Translations under genes and position numbers: made by a program
Sequence record: MW812343.1
Reading direction: 5' to 3' (one strand)
Length of the DNA: 64,000 bases
The notes under the pieces: generated by a model
What the model was told of the DNA's origin: nothing
Seen by the model: the letters and a program-made list of their open reading frames with translations, nothing else
Database searches by the model: none
In this document: piece by piece, positions 38,956-47,803 of the stretch
How the letters are laid out: each line of letters starts with the position of its first letter
Numbering within the stretch: position 1 is the stretch's first letter

Positions 38956-39750
38956 ATGCACCTGTTATCTTATCCGCCTGTGTACGAACGCCCTGTCATC
39001 CTGAACGGTAAGCAGGTTGAGGTCGAGCGTATCTGGCAAGGTATCAAACAAACCCATTCGTTAGCGATGGATGAGGAGCACTATCTGGTGGTATCCAATA
39101 CCCGCCAAACACTCCTCGTATTGAGCGGCGAACGTCACGGTGATGTGTTCCATATCCTGAATTTGGTACCGATGACGGACAAACCGTTTTACCAATGGAA
39201 GTCCCTCATGCGCCAACTCGAAGTGGTTCATTTCGATGTGGTGTTGAGTCCCGGCGAAGCCATCGAAGGTGAGATATGCCGTGCGATGGGGCTTGAGTTC
39301 GTGACCAAGCGTGTGAAGTTCACCCCGTTTGATGTTTCTCGTTTCAATACCCGCGCACCGATGATTCATCGTCAGGAGAACTGTTCTCTGGAAGAGATGG
39401 AGAAGGTGTGTGAGATAACGAAAAAATCACTGGTGGGTTACAAGCACGCCTTAAAAGAAGTGGCTTTCGGTTTCATGGAAGTGTTGGTGCGTAAACAGAA
39501 CGGCAAGATTACCGCTGCCCTGTTTGTAAGCCAGCAACCCAATGCACTGACGGTTGCCAATTACGTTTCTGTGTTCCACCCACAAGACCGACAGTACGCG
39601 CAGGACTTTAGCGAGTTCTTCCGCTTTCTGTTGAAACTGTGCGGGACAGAGAAGAAGTCGTTGTACATCTCGCTGGACGCCAATGCGGAGGTACCGACTT
39701 ACGATGGGATTACCCACGAAGTGGTGACTCATCATTACACGATTACTTAG
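38956..39750 (+). CDS. putative degenerate tandem GNAT-fold protein
   Basis: Two-domain pattern; ICRAMGLEF; VLVRKQNGKITAALFV. Confidence 0.45.
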   Translation: MHLLSYPPVYERPVILNGKQVEVERIWQGIKQTHSLAMDEEHYLVVSNTRQTLLVLSGERHGDVFHILNLVPMTDKPFYQWKSLMRQLEVVHFDVVLSPGEAIEGEICRAMGLEFVTKRVKFTPFDVSRFNTRAPMIHRQENCSLEEMEKVCEITKKSLVGYKHALKEVAFGFMEVLVRKQNGKITAALFVSQQPNALTVANYVSVFHPQDRQYAQDFSEFFRFLLKLCGTEKKSLYISLDANAEVPTYDGITHEVVTHHYTIT

Positions 39751-39757
39751 GAGGGGT

Positions 39758-40516
39758 ATGAGAGAGATAACGCAAGAGGTACTCGACGGGTCGTATGACA
39801 AACCGTTAGGTCGGGGTGTGCTGGACTGGCGCATTTTAGAACTGTCGCCGATGGAAACGAAACACATCGTGGAAGTGGGTCGGTGGCGTGTGTACCTGAA
39901 ACGTCACCGTATCCAAGAGACCGCGTTGCTGGTTTCGATTGACCGATTCGGTGATGTCGACGAACCGCTGCTACTCTTACCGGACGTGCTGGACGTTAAT
40001 GCGGTCTTTGCGTACTCAAAGACCACGAACGATGAAGAACTGAAAAAGATAGGTTTCGAACTTCATGCTGTGAAGTATATTGTTCCTCCTCGGGACGGTG
40101 TGCGGCCACCACCGAAGATGGTTGAAAATTGCCTATTGACCGACGAGGAAAGCAAATCCTTTAAGGAAGCGGCCAGTAACATTGAAAGTATGCGCAAAGC
40201 AGCGGAAGCCTACGGTATGGGGACGGCAGCGTTCCACCGTGTTGATTTCGGTGACGGTCGTACCGCCGTGGCACTCATTGATGTGGTTGATGGCCATGCG
40301 GAGCTGCTGACTCATTGGGCCAGTGATTTCCAATCGCAAATGGTTATCGCCGATATGTTTGATTACATCGCATCTGGTCAGAAAGACGGGGGTAGTTATG
40401 CGGTTAACCGCGCAACGTTTGATGACCCAACCCCACTTGTACAAACGCTCGAAACCCTGAACACCCAAACCCGTGGTGTCTATATCATCCTAAAAGGAGT
40501 ATCAAATGCAAACTAG
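39758..40516 (+). CDS. putative degenerate tandem GNAT-fold protein
   Basis: ELKKIGFE; beta-rich GRTAVALIDVVDGHAELL. Confidence 0.45.
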   Translation: MREITQEVLDGSYDKPLGRGVLDWRILELSPMETKHIVEVGRWRVYLKRHRIQETALLVSIDRFGDVDEPLLLLPDVLDVNAVFAYSKTTNDEELKKIGFELHAVKYIVPPRDGVRPPPKMVENCLLTDEESKSFKEAASNIESMRKAAEAYGMGTAAFHRVDFGDGRTAVALIDVVDGHAELLTHWASDFQSQMVIADMFDYIASGQKDGGSYAVNRATFDDPTPLVQTLETLNTQTRGVYIILKGVSNAN

Positions 40517-40802
40517 CATCAATCGTTCTGTGGCCCGTTCTAAAGAAGTGGTTTATGATGTGGTGTCTGGTGACGAGACATTGTTCCGTGCAGTCATCAT
40601 GCCGACCAACGAACTGCTTGTTGTCCATCCCGGTACTGAACTTTCTAAAGCGGAGAAGTCCGCACTGGATAAGTTGATTGCCAAAGCGAAACATCGTGAC
40701 GGTATTGCGGACCACCGTGTTGTCTTCGAGCGCGTGCTTGTGGAGAACGGTAAAGACTTAGAAGTCCGTCTGAACACCCCGCAAGTAGATGCCTTTGTAT
40801 GA
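40506..40802 (+). CDS. hypothetical protein
   Basis: AAGGAG SD. Confidence 0.75.
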   Translation: MQTSINRSVARSKEVVYDVVSGDETLFRAVIMPTNELLVVHPGTELSKAEKSALDKLIAKAKHRDGIADHRVVFERVLVENGKDLEVRLNTPQVDAFV

Positions 40803-40829
40803 CACCACACATGTTATAGAGGAATCGCA

Positions 40830-41330
40830 ATGGATGTTATCGATTTCGAACAGCTACCCCAGCACGACTTCGACCTCGGCGTCCGTGACATGGATGGCAG
40901 CTTCGAAGAAAATGCGCGCGCGCTGTTCCAGAAATACGGTGAACTGATTATGGGCTCTGACCAGCCTGAAATTACCTTGGGTGATTTCGAGAAGCTACTG
41001 GTCGGCCTTATCACATCCCGTACCGAAGGCAGAGCATTGCTGAATGAGCTGAACTTCACCACAGTCTGTCCCGCAGATGCCGCTGGTATCCTGTCCCAAT
41101 CCATCGTTCCAACCGATGAGATTCTCGACAGTGTGGCTAAGCTGCGTGGGCCGTTCGACACGGCTGTGGAAGACTACGCCCAACAGTTAGCGGAGTCGGA
41201 ATACGCAATGGTTGCCCCTGAGGGTGAGCAGTTGCCTTCTGATGAAGAAACTGAAACGGCACGGTTGCGCCTTGCGCGTTACGTCATTACCAGCGTACTG
41301 GTTGACGATCGCGAAGAGTGCCAGCTCTAA
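40830..41330 (+). CDS. highly acidic protein
   Basis: About 35 D/E vs 12 K/R in 166 aa (hand count). Confidence 0.75.
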   Translation: MDVIDFEQLPQHDFDLGVRDMDGSFEENARALFQKYGELIMGSDQPEITLGDFEKLLVGLITSRTEGRALLNELNFTTVCPADAAGILSQSIVPTDEILDSVAKLRGPFDTAVEDYAQQLAESEYAMVAPEGEQLPSDEETETARLRLARYVITSVLVDDREECQL

Positions 41331-41337
41331 TCAAATG

Positions 41338-41369
41338 ACCTCACCTTCGGGTGAGGTTTATTTTTTTTT
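41338..41369 (+). terminator. intrinsic terminator
   Basis: ACCTCACC-TTCG-GGTGAGGT + T run. Confidence 0.9.
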
Positions 41370-41377
41370 GTCTTTTT

Positions 41378-41398
41378 ACAGAATAGCACCTATCTATG
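41378..41398 (+). promoter_or_regulatory. ACA-N14-TATG promoter candidate
   Basis: TTTTT-ACA-N14-TATG. Confidence 0.6.
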
Positions 41399-41429
41399 TC
41401 AAACCAAACAACCCTGAGGATTAGAAGCA

Positions 41430-41765
41430 ATGTGGCTTAGCGCAATTCACCGTGACTTACCAAAAATCGTCGATTTCGGTACCAGCGTAACCGGCGACCC
41501 GAATGTCGAGCCGGTACAAATCGATGTCGGTCTGGCGAAATTCGACCGCATGGAAGAAGGCCAGTTCGTGGTTCTCGATGCGGAAGAAAACGAATACATG
41601 CTGTTCCACCCGGAAGTCGACGCATCAAGTATTGTCGACGGTGTGTGGTTAGCATCGTGGCATGACAAGTCCACGGATAAGTGGATGTGGGCGCTGGCAA
41701 AACAGGTCGGCGAGAACTCTTTCGTACTGGATACCAACCACCATGTCGAGCCCATCCCTCATTGA
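41430..41765 (+). CDS. hypothetical acidic protein
   Basis: GAGGA SD. Confidence 0.7.
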   Translation: MWLSAIHRDLPKIVDFGTSVTGDPNVEPVQIDVGLAKFDRMEEGQFVVLDAEENEYMLFHPEVDASSIVDGVWLASWHDKSTDKWMWALAKQVGENSFVLDTNHHVEPIPH

Positions 41766-42069
41766 TGTCCGTGATGAACTGTCTTCGCATGATTACCTCA
41801 TTCGAATGCAGTCTGCGTTTCAAAAACCATTAGGTGGCCCAACCGAAGCACGTCAGGTGTACGCGCAGGTGATTGGAGTGGATAACAAAGAGGTTCACTT
41901 CACGAACCTTGAAACCAAACTCGACTTCACCATGCCGTTAAACGTGTTCCTGTTCGTCCCTGCCATCGGGTTGTCAGTTGAGATTAGTCGCGTACATCAC
42001 CGTATTTTCTGTTGGCCTGACGCCCACAGAGAAAACAGCGATCCAATCCAGCTGCAAATCCGCTTATAA
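41743..42069 (+). CDS. hypothetical protein
   Basis: ATG 41743; overlaps previous ORF by 23 nt. Confidence 0.6.
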   Translation: MSSPSLIDVRDELSSHDYLIRMQSAFQKPLGGPTEARQVYAQVIGVDNKEVHFTNLETKLDFTMPLNVFLFVPAIGLSVEISRVHHRIFCWPDAHRENSDPIQLQIRL

Positions 42070-42078
42070 CGTATTTCT

Positions 42079-42102
42079 TTTCAGATAGATATTATCTAGG
42101 GG
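42079..42102 (+). promoter_or_regulatory. early promoter
   Basis: TTTCAGATAGATATTATCTAGGGG. Confidence 0.78.
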
Positions 42103-42148
42103 AGAAGAAGTTTTTCTCCCTCACAATTTTATCTACAAGGAGTATCAC

Positions 42149-42757
42149 ATGGCTAAGGCACCAAAGAATAAAGTCTATAAAATCACCGGCCGTTCCGGCT
42201 CTGTAATCAGCTTTGTGGCGTACAACCCGATTACGGGTAATGAAGGCGCGACCATCGAACGTCTGGATCTGAAAGGGTTCGGTTACAATATGCTCCGTAA
42301 AGGCGTGAACATTATTTTCGAGGGTAAAGTTGCCCCTGAGAATCTGGTTTACGATTACGTGGTTAATCCAACCAAGCTCGTTGCTAACGGCGAACCGAAA
42401 ACCGTAGCTACACCGAAAGAAAGCAAGTCCGCCTCTAAGGCCATGCCGATCTTCGAAGTGTTGAAGCGTGTTGGTTCGACCATTCACTATCGAATTCTTG
42501 GCAGTGAGCACGGCATTGATCTGTCACTCGACCTTACAGGTTTCGGCTACAAAAAGCTGAAGAAGGGCGAGATGTTCCAGTTCGAAGGTGGGGTTGTCTC
42601 TGCTGAGAATCTGCGCATTGTTACACGCGGTAGCTCAGAAAAGACACCGCTGGTGAAAGTTGAGTATGCGGGTAAAGCGCGTAGTGGCGTGAAGACGGCG
42701 GTGAAGTCCAAGCGTGGCGCAACACCGAACGTGTCTATTCTGCGTAAGCACTTCTAA
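42149..42757 (+). CDS. basic protein with an internally duplicated domain
   Basis: LDLKGFGYNMLRKG..IIFEG.VAPENL / LDLTGFGYKKLKKG..FQFEG.VVSAENL. Confidence 0.8.
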   Translation: MAKAPKNKVYKITGRSGSVISFVAYNPITGNEGATIERLDLKGFGYNMLRKGVNIIFEGKVAPENLVYDYVVNPTKLVANGEPKTVATPKESKSASKAMPIFEVLKRVGSTIHYRILGSEHGIDLSLDLTGFGYKKLKKGEMFQFEGGVVSAENLRIVTRGSSEKTPLVKVEYAGKARSGVKTAVKSKRGATPNVSILRKHF

Positions 42758-42764
42758 TTCGTAC

Positions 42765-42801
42765 GTCCTACTCCTTCGGGGGTAGGACTGTTTTATTTTT
42801 T
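42765..42801 (+). terminator. intrinsic terminator
   Basis: GTCCTACTCC-TTCG-GGGGTAGGAC + T tract. Confidence 0.88.
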
Positions 42802-42812
42802 AAGGACTGTCG

Positions 42813-43340
42813 ATGACTACTTTTATTGCAACCAAAGATTACCTCGCAGCAGATAGAGCCGTGTTGAAAAATCGGATGGTTTACGACGATGCCAAAGTCC
42901 GGGTTATCAAAGGCCGCATTGGATACTTCTTTGGCTCCGACCACCCGACCCCAGTGGAACGTAAGGCGTTGGAGAAACACATTTACGATTACGTCTTTGC
43001 AAAGGAACCGAAGAGACAAGCTGCTGAGGATTGGATACGGGATTTCATCGAAAGCAACACCATGGTTATCATGACCCGAAAGAAGACGTTAATCGTTGAC
43101 GGTATTTCACGGCTGGCAGCGTGGTCACCGGAGATTGGTGGGCCATCACGCCACACAGGACTGACGGTAAAAGAAGACCTGTTAGAAACTCCCATCGCGT
43201 TTGGTTCTGGCGCAGAGTTAGCCCGTGCTGGTTGGGCGTGTGGGTTGACCCCTGAGAACATCATTCTGATGGTACAGAAAATTGACCCGATGTCGGGCCA
43301 CGACTTTGACGTAATTTACAGAGAGGACTTGCGTAAATGA
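42813..43340 (+). CDS. HslV/proteasome beta-like Ntn (threonine) peptidase
   Basis: N-terminal (M)TT, LAAD, DAK, AFGSGA, D..SG. Confidence 0.75.
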   Translation: MTTFIATKDYLAADRAVLKNRMVYDDAKVRVIKGRIGYFFGSDHPTPVERKALEKHIYDYVFAKEPKRQAAEDWIRDFIESNTMVIMTRKKTLIVDGISRLAAWSPEIGGPSRHTGLTVKEDLLETPIAFGSGAELARAGWACGLTPENIILMVQKIDPMSGHDFDVIYREDLRK

Positions 43341-43903
43341 GCACCGTTTCTATTGCTGGTTTTATCGTTAATGGCATGGTCTACGTGAACACCGCCGTTC
43401 AGGGTATGTCCTTACTGGCGTCTTACAACCCGGAAGCTGGGTTCGATAAGTTAGGGTGGTGGTTCCCGAACGACTCACAAGGTAAGATTTCTGATATCTT
43501 GGCGAGTGGCAACGATAACGAACGTCACGAGGATATTTCGTATTCCGGTTCTGTGCTGCGTCCCGATGGTCAGTTCTACGACATTAAGCTGGCAGGACCT
43601 GCATATCGCCTGACGTTCACGCACCAACCTGCTAACGTGATGGTGTTCCCCTCAGACACCGAATCTGCGTTTGTGGCGACATTCATTGAACATCTGTCCA
43701 TGAATCCCGACTTGGATAGCGAAAAGGGTGTGTGGTCTGCTGAGCGCATTAAGCGCATCTTAGGCTGCTTCCCCGGATGCCACAACTTCGTGGAGTTCAT
43801 GCCTATCGACGAATTGAAAGCGAAAGTACAAGCACTACCAGCGTGTGAGTTAGCACCATTCCCACGCACCCCACCACGTAAATACGAACGTGTAGATTTA
43901 TAA
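43337..43903 (+). CDS. hypothetical protein
   Basis: ATGA-coupled. Confidence 0.7.
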   Translation: MSTVSIAGFIVNGMVYVNTAVQGMSLLASYNPEAGFDKLGWWFPNDSQGKISDILASGNDNERHEDISYSGSVLRPDGQFYDIKLAGPAYRLTFTHQPANVMVFPSDTESAFVATFIEHLSMNPDLDSEKGVWSAERIKRILGCFPGCHNFVEFMPIDELKAKVQALPACELAPFPRTPPRKYERVDL

Positions 43904-43946
43904 CAGCATCACCCATTTTAATGACTATCACAAAGAGAATCAGAAC

Positions 43947-44609
43947 ATGGCTAAGCAGAAGAAACCCCGCAACAAAAAATATAACCCGCAGCAAGCCCAC
44001 GCAGAAACGGCCCGTCAGGTCGTTCAAAATGCGTTGGCGCGTATCTCTTTTATTGGCGCATCTAACCGCCGTATTCAACCGTACGGCGGTCGTGGGTTCC
44101 AATACACTGTTTCTCGCCCTGTACGTGTAACCGTATCGGCTGCACTGGCAGAAACGTTGTTTGAGGATACCCGACCGTGGACAGTGTGGATGGCACACTA
44201 CGCGGTCAATGCCGAAGGTGGTCTTGAGGTGGAATCCGGTGTACTGACGCTCGATGAGTATACACTCACGGACTTCACGGAAAACATCGACAAGTTAGTG
44301 GACCACATGAAGCCAGACTACATGGTCAACAATCCTGACTACGTGGGGTACGCATTCTTCGCGTCACCGAACGAACGTTACGATTTCACCCATGACACTA
44401 CTGATGAACGTTTAATCGAAAACTTCATCGCGTCCGGCGTGCTGGAAAAAGAGAATCATCTTCCCCAGCATGTTTTAAACGTCACCAAAGAAGAACTGAT
44501 CATCATGCTGATGGCAGACCACACGAAGTTTGACGTCAACATCGGTTATCACCAGCGAGGCGAAGGCGATGATTATCGCGTCGCCGACAAACAAGTTATC
44601 GGAGAGTAA
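43947..44609 (+). CDS. hypothetical protein with basic N-terminus
   Basis: MAKQKKPRNKKYNP. Confidence 0.75.
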   Translation: MAKQKKPRNKKYNPQQAHAETARQVVQNALARISFIGASNRRIQPYGGRGFQYTVSRPVRVTVSAALAETLFEDTRPWTVWMAHYAVNAEGGLEVESGVLTLDEYTLTDFTENIDKLVDHMKPDYMVNNPDYVGYAFFASPNERYDFTHDTTDERLIENFIASGVLEKENHLPQHVLNVTKEELIIMLMADHTKFDVNIGYHQRGEGDDYRVADKQVIGE

Positions 44610-44612
44610 TAA

Positions 44613-45176
44613 ATGAAATTCTGGGAGCGTTTTTGCCGCCTGTTTAAGAAAGCCCCTGAGCCGGTGTCAGACGGTGATCGTTATACCCAAATCGTCCGTG
44701 ATTATTTTAACGCAGGTAATCACAACGTGGTGGAGTTGTGTGATGCGATTGGCATGACACCCCGCCAGTTATATTTCGCAGTGAATGACGATAACGTGCG
44801 AGCGAATATTCTTCCGAGGTTGCCTGAGAAGGCGCGTACTGAACTTCGTGATGAACTCACCGCTCGCGCTTTTAGTCGCCAGCCCGTTTCTTTATTCCGC
44901 CCCACTACCGAACGCCATTCGTTCATCAACCTGAATGAACTTATGGAACATGTCCATTTGTTACACCGTGATTACCAATTAAGTAACGCGGGAAAGGATA
45001 GCGTTATCAAGGCATATATTCACTCGCTGACGCCGCGTACAGTGAGGATTGCTTTTAGTACGCCGAATCATGAATTCAACGTGGGTATTATCGAAGATAT
45101 CAACGTTGTTCAACAAAACCTGCTTATGGTGAATTATGGAAAACTTAACCCCCGTGGAAATCGTCAAAGTTTTTGA
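44613..45176 (+). CDS. hypothetical protein, possible HTH
   Basis: VVELCDAIGMTPRQLYFAV. Confidence 0.6.
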   Translation: MKFWERFCRLFKKAPEPVSDGDRYTQIVRDYFNAGNHNVVELCDAIGMTPRQLYFAVNDDNVRANILPRLPEKARTELRDELTARAFSRQPVSLFRPTTERHSFINLNELMEHVHLLHRDYQLSNAGKDSVIKAYIHSLTPRTVRIAFSTPNHEFNVGIIEDINVVQQNLLMVNYGKLNPRGNRQSF

Positions 45177-46881
45177 CCGATTTGTTCATGGTCAAACATT
45201 GGCGAAGAAGATGTTGGCGATAGCGTTACGTAACCGCGTACGGGTAGCGATGCTTCCCCTCGGTGAACGCAACAGTGTTCGCAAACAGAATCTTCTGTTA
45301 CTGGGGCCTACGGGCTCCGGTAAGACGGCTTTAATGCGTGTGCTGAAAACCCAATTCGGTTTGCCGGTATTAGAGCTGGACATGACCGGGTTTTCTGAAA
45401 CAGGCTACGTGGGCCGTAACCTCAACACTGTGGGGACGGATTTACAAACCTTGACCCGTAGTGTCAGTTTGCCGGATTGGTACGTGGAGATGCGTACGGG
45501 AATGACGCTGGAGAAAGATGAACAGCGTTATACGCGCGACGAACTTGAGGCACTGAAAGCCAAAGAGTACGAAGCGGAAAGTGCGGCTAAGCAGGCAGTG
45601 TGGAAAGCAGGCCGTGAAGCGAAAGAGAACCACGAAGCGCTGTTGAAGAACATGGGCGTATTCCCAGACGATAATACCTACAACCATTATCGCATGGTCT
45701 ACTACATGCGTGCGTTTTTGGTCGGATATCACGCCATGAAGAATCTCCCATACGACGTCATCGACTTTGCTGATATTGAAATGCTTCCGGGTCAGAGGCT
45801 CATCGATGTCGCTAAGAAAGTTGTCGAGTTGTTTGAGAAGATGATCGGTAAACCGGTTACCAGTATCGACGATTTGAAAGACGACAACGTCGAAGATGGC
45901 GTTGAGGAGATGATGGAGAACAACCCTGCGTTATTGGGTGAGTTCATGAGTCTGATGGCTTACAAAGAGATTCTTGAAATCACTCTGCAACAGGGCATCG
46001 ACATGCTCAGCAGCAATCCGCCTGCCGCTTGCGTTTCCTCAAGCGATTGGTACGACGTCGCACATAGCTTTGAAGAAGCCGATGAAGAGAAGATACCGCC
46101 GGGCATCGCGTGGCGTAATCTGGACTTCTCTGAGTTCGCACTCTATATCTGCATCATGTTGGTACGCGACCCTGAAGGGTTGGAGGAGGTCTTCGAAGAT
46201 TGTGAAGACTTCACCCGTTTCGCTGACGAGAAGCTCTGGGCTTACACCGTACCTACTGTAGAACCTGTAGTGCCTAAGGGCAAACGTAATGTCCTCGCGA
46301 AGAAAGACCTTGATAAAGTTGCCAACTGTAATGGGCGGGACTTTGTTGAGAACTTCGGAGTGGTGTTCATGGATGAGATTGACAAGCTCATTGAAACGGA
46401 CACCACGGGACGTACGCATGTTTCTCGCAGTGGCGTGCAGCGTAGTTTGCTGAAGATGGTCGAGGGTGGGTTGTACTCAGGGATTGATACCACGAATATC
46501 TTGTTCGTCGGTGCCGGTTCCTTTGCCGAAGCCCCGGTCACTAAACTGATGCCGGAACTGCAAGGTCGCTTTACACTCCGAGCAGAACTGGAACCGCTGG
46601 ATAAGGAAGCGTTGGTATCCATCTGTCGAATGGACAGCAGTGAGTTCCATGCAATGGTGCGTCTCTTGCGAATCGAAAAGGTTGACGTCAAATACGACAT
46701 TGACACATTCGAGTACATCGCAGAGAAAACCCTCGAAGCGAACGCTGTCGATAACCTCGGCGCACGCCGCTTGGCTGCCATTGTTGAGGCGCTGTTCCAG
46801 GATGCGCTGTATGAACCTAACAAATATACAACGTCGGGGTATGATCTGACCGGCCAAACCTTGAGGAAAAAGGATGCTTGA
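45136..46881 (+). CDS. hslU: HslU (ClpY) AAA+ unfoldase
   Basis: HGQ..AK...AIALRNR, LGPTGSGKT, ETGYVG, VFMDEIDK, SR.GVQR.LL, MPELQGRF, NLGARRL. Confidence 0.93.
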   Translation: MENLTPVEIVKVFDRFVHGQTLAKKMLAIALRNRVRVAMLPLGERNSVRKQNLLLLGPTGSGKTALMRVLKTQFGLPVLELDMTGFSETGYVGRNLNTVGTDLQTLTRSVSLPDWYVEMRTGMTLEKDEQRYTRDELEALKAKEYEAESAAKQAVWKAGREAKENHEALLKNMGVFPDDNTYNHYRMVYYMRAFLVGYHAMKNLPYDVIDFADIEMLPGQRLIDVAKKVVELFEKMIGKPVTSIDDLKDDNVEDGVEEMMENNPALLGEFMSLMAYKEILEITLQQGIDMLSSNPPAACVSSSDWYDVAHSFEEADEEKIPPGIAWRNLDFSEFALYICIMLVRDPEGLEEVFEDCEDFTRFADEKLWAYTVPTVEPVVPKGKRNVLAKKDLDKVANCNGRDFVENFGVVFMDEIDKLIETDTTGRTHVSRSGVQRSLLKMVEGGLYSGIDTTNILFVGAGSFAEAPVTKLMPELQGRFTLRAELEPLDKEALVSICRMDSSEFHAMVRLLRIEKVDVKYDIDTFEYIAEKTLEANAVDNLGARRLAAIVEALFQDALYEPNKYTTSGYDLTGQTLRKKDA

Positions 46882-47071
46882 TTTTATCGTCTCCATCATT
46901 GTCATCGTGATGGCTCTTAGCATGTTAGGTAGTTGGATTGGGCGTATGTCAGTACGGCGTAATTGGTCATTCCCCCTCATGTTAGTTGTGGCACTCGTAC
47001 TCGGTGGGTTTATCGGTAATGTCTATTTCAGCGCGGTGGTCATCCCGCTGTATAACAACATCGGAGGATAA
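46874..47071 (+). CDS. small two-TM membrane protein
   Basis: Two hydrophobic segments; AGGA SD. Confidence 0.7.
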   Translation: MLDFIVSIIVIVMALSMLGSWIGRMSVRRNWSFPLMLVVALVLGGFIGNVYFSAVVIPLYNNIGG

Positions 47072-47074
47072 CGC

Positions 47075-47803
47075 GTGGAAACCGACAAGTACAAGATGCG
47101 TGTAGAGAAAGTCCGCAAATCCTACACGCAAGCTGGGAAGACCGTGAATGAGGGTAGCATTCACGCATCAGGGCAGGTGTTGTGCCTGCCGAAAACGGCG
47201 TTTGTGGACGGTGCAGATTGGCAGCAGATATTTCGTCGTTGGCTAAACTGCACTGCCCGTTGTGAAACATCGCCGGTACGCCACGCTAATCACCAATATC
47301 CCGAATCTATCTTCCGTACCTCGAAGATTCAGGAGGAGCGTGTTTGTGCGACGTTGTTAGGTGGCAGTATGGATGTGAATGGCGACTACGTCACGCTTAC
47401 CACCAACGTGGTGCCCTATGGCCCTTACGGCGATAAGTTAGCGACGTACATGCGTGAGCAACAAGAGCTGATCATCGTTCCGCGCTTCATTCTGGACAAA
47501 GACGGTAAAATCACCGGCGTACCTGCATGGGATCTGGATTTGCCGTCAGGCTGGGACATCGTCCCGTACGAGTACAATGACGTACAGGATGAAGTCTTCG
47601 TCGGCGAGCTTGCTTATCTCATCGAAAAGTGCAAAGCTCACAGCCTCAATTGGGCGATGCACTATTCCGATACGGACGACCTCTGGCGTTTCACGCTGTC
47701 GACTTACCACGCGGTGGTTTGCTTCGATGGTGACTGGAAAAAGTTATGCGATGCGGTGGAAGATGCCACTGCGTATTTTGACGGCTTAGATAATCATGGA
47801 TAA
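47075..47803 (+). CDS. prohead-protease-like (T4 gp21/phiKZ gp175 fold) paralog, catalytic motifs degenerate
   Basis: RCETSP, I.EERVCATL, V.PYGPYG..L, VPR, AWDL. Confidence 0.5.
   Translation: METDKYKMRVEKVRKSYTQAGKTVNEGSIHASGQVLCLPKTAFVDGADWQQIFRRWLNCTARCETSPVRHANHQYPESIFRTSKIQEERVCATLLGGSMDVNGDYVTLTTNVVPYGPYGDKLATYMREQQELIIVPRFILDKDGKITGVPAWDLDLPSGWDIVPYEYNDVQDEVFVGELAYLIEKCKAHSLNWAMHYSDTDDLWRFTLSTYHAVVCFDGDWKKLCDAVEDATAYFDGLDNHG

Noticed and set aside
45480-46330. Intein in HslU
   Set aside because: No Cys/Ser N-terminal block, no His-Asn C-terminus, no LAGLIDADG; sits at the I-domain position
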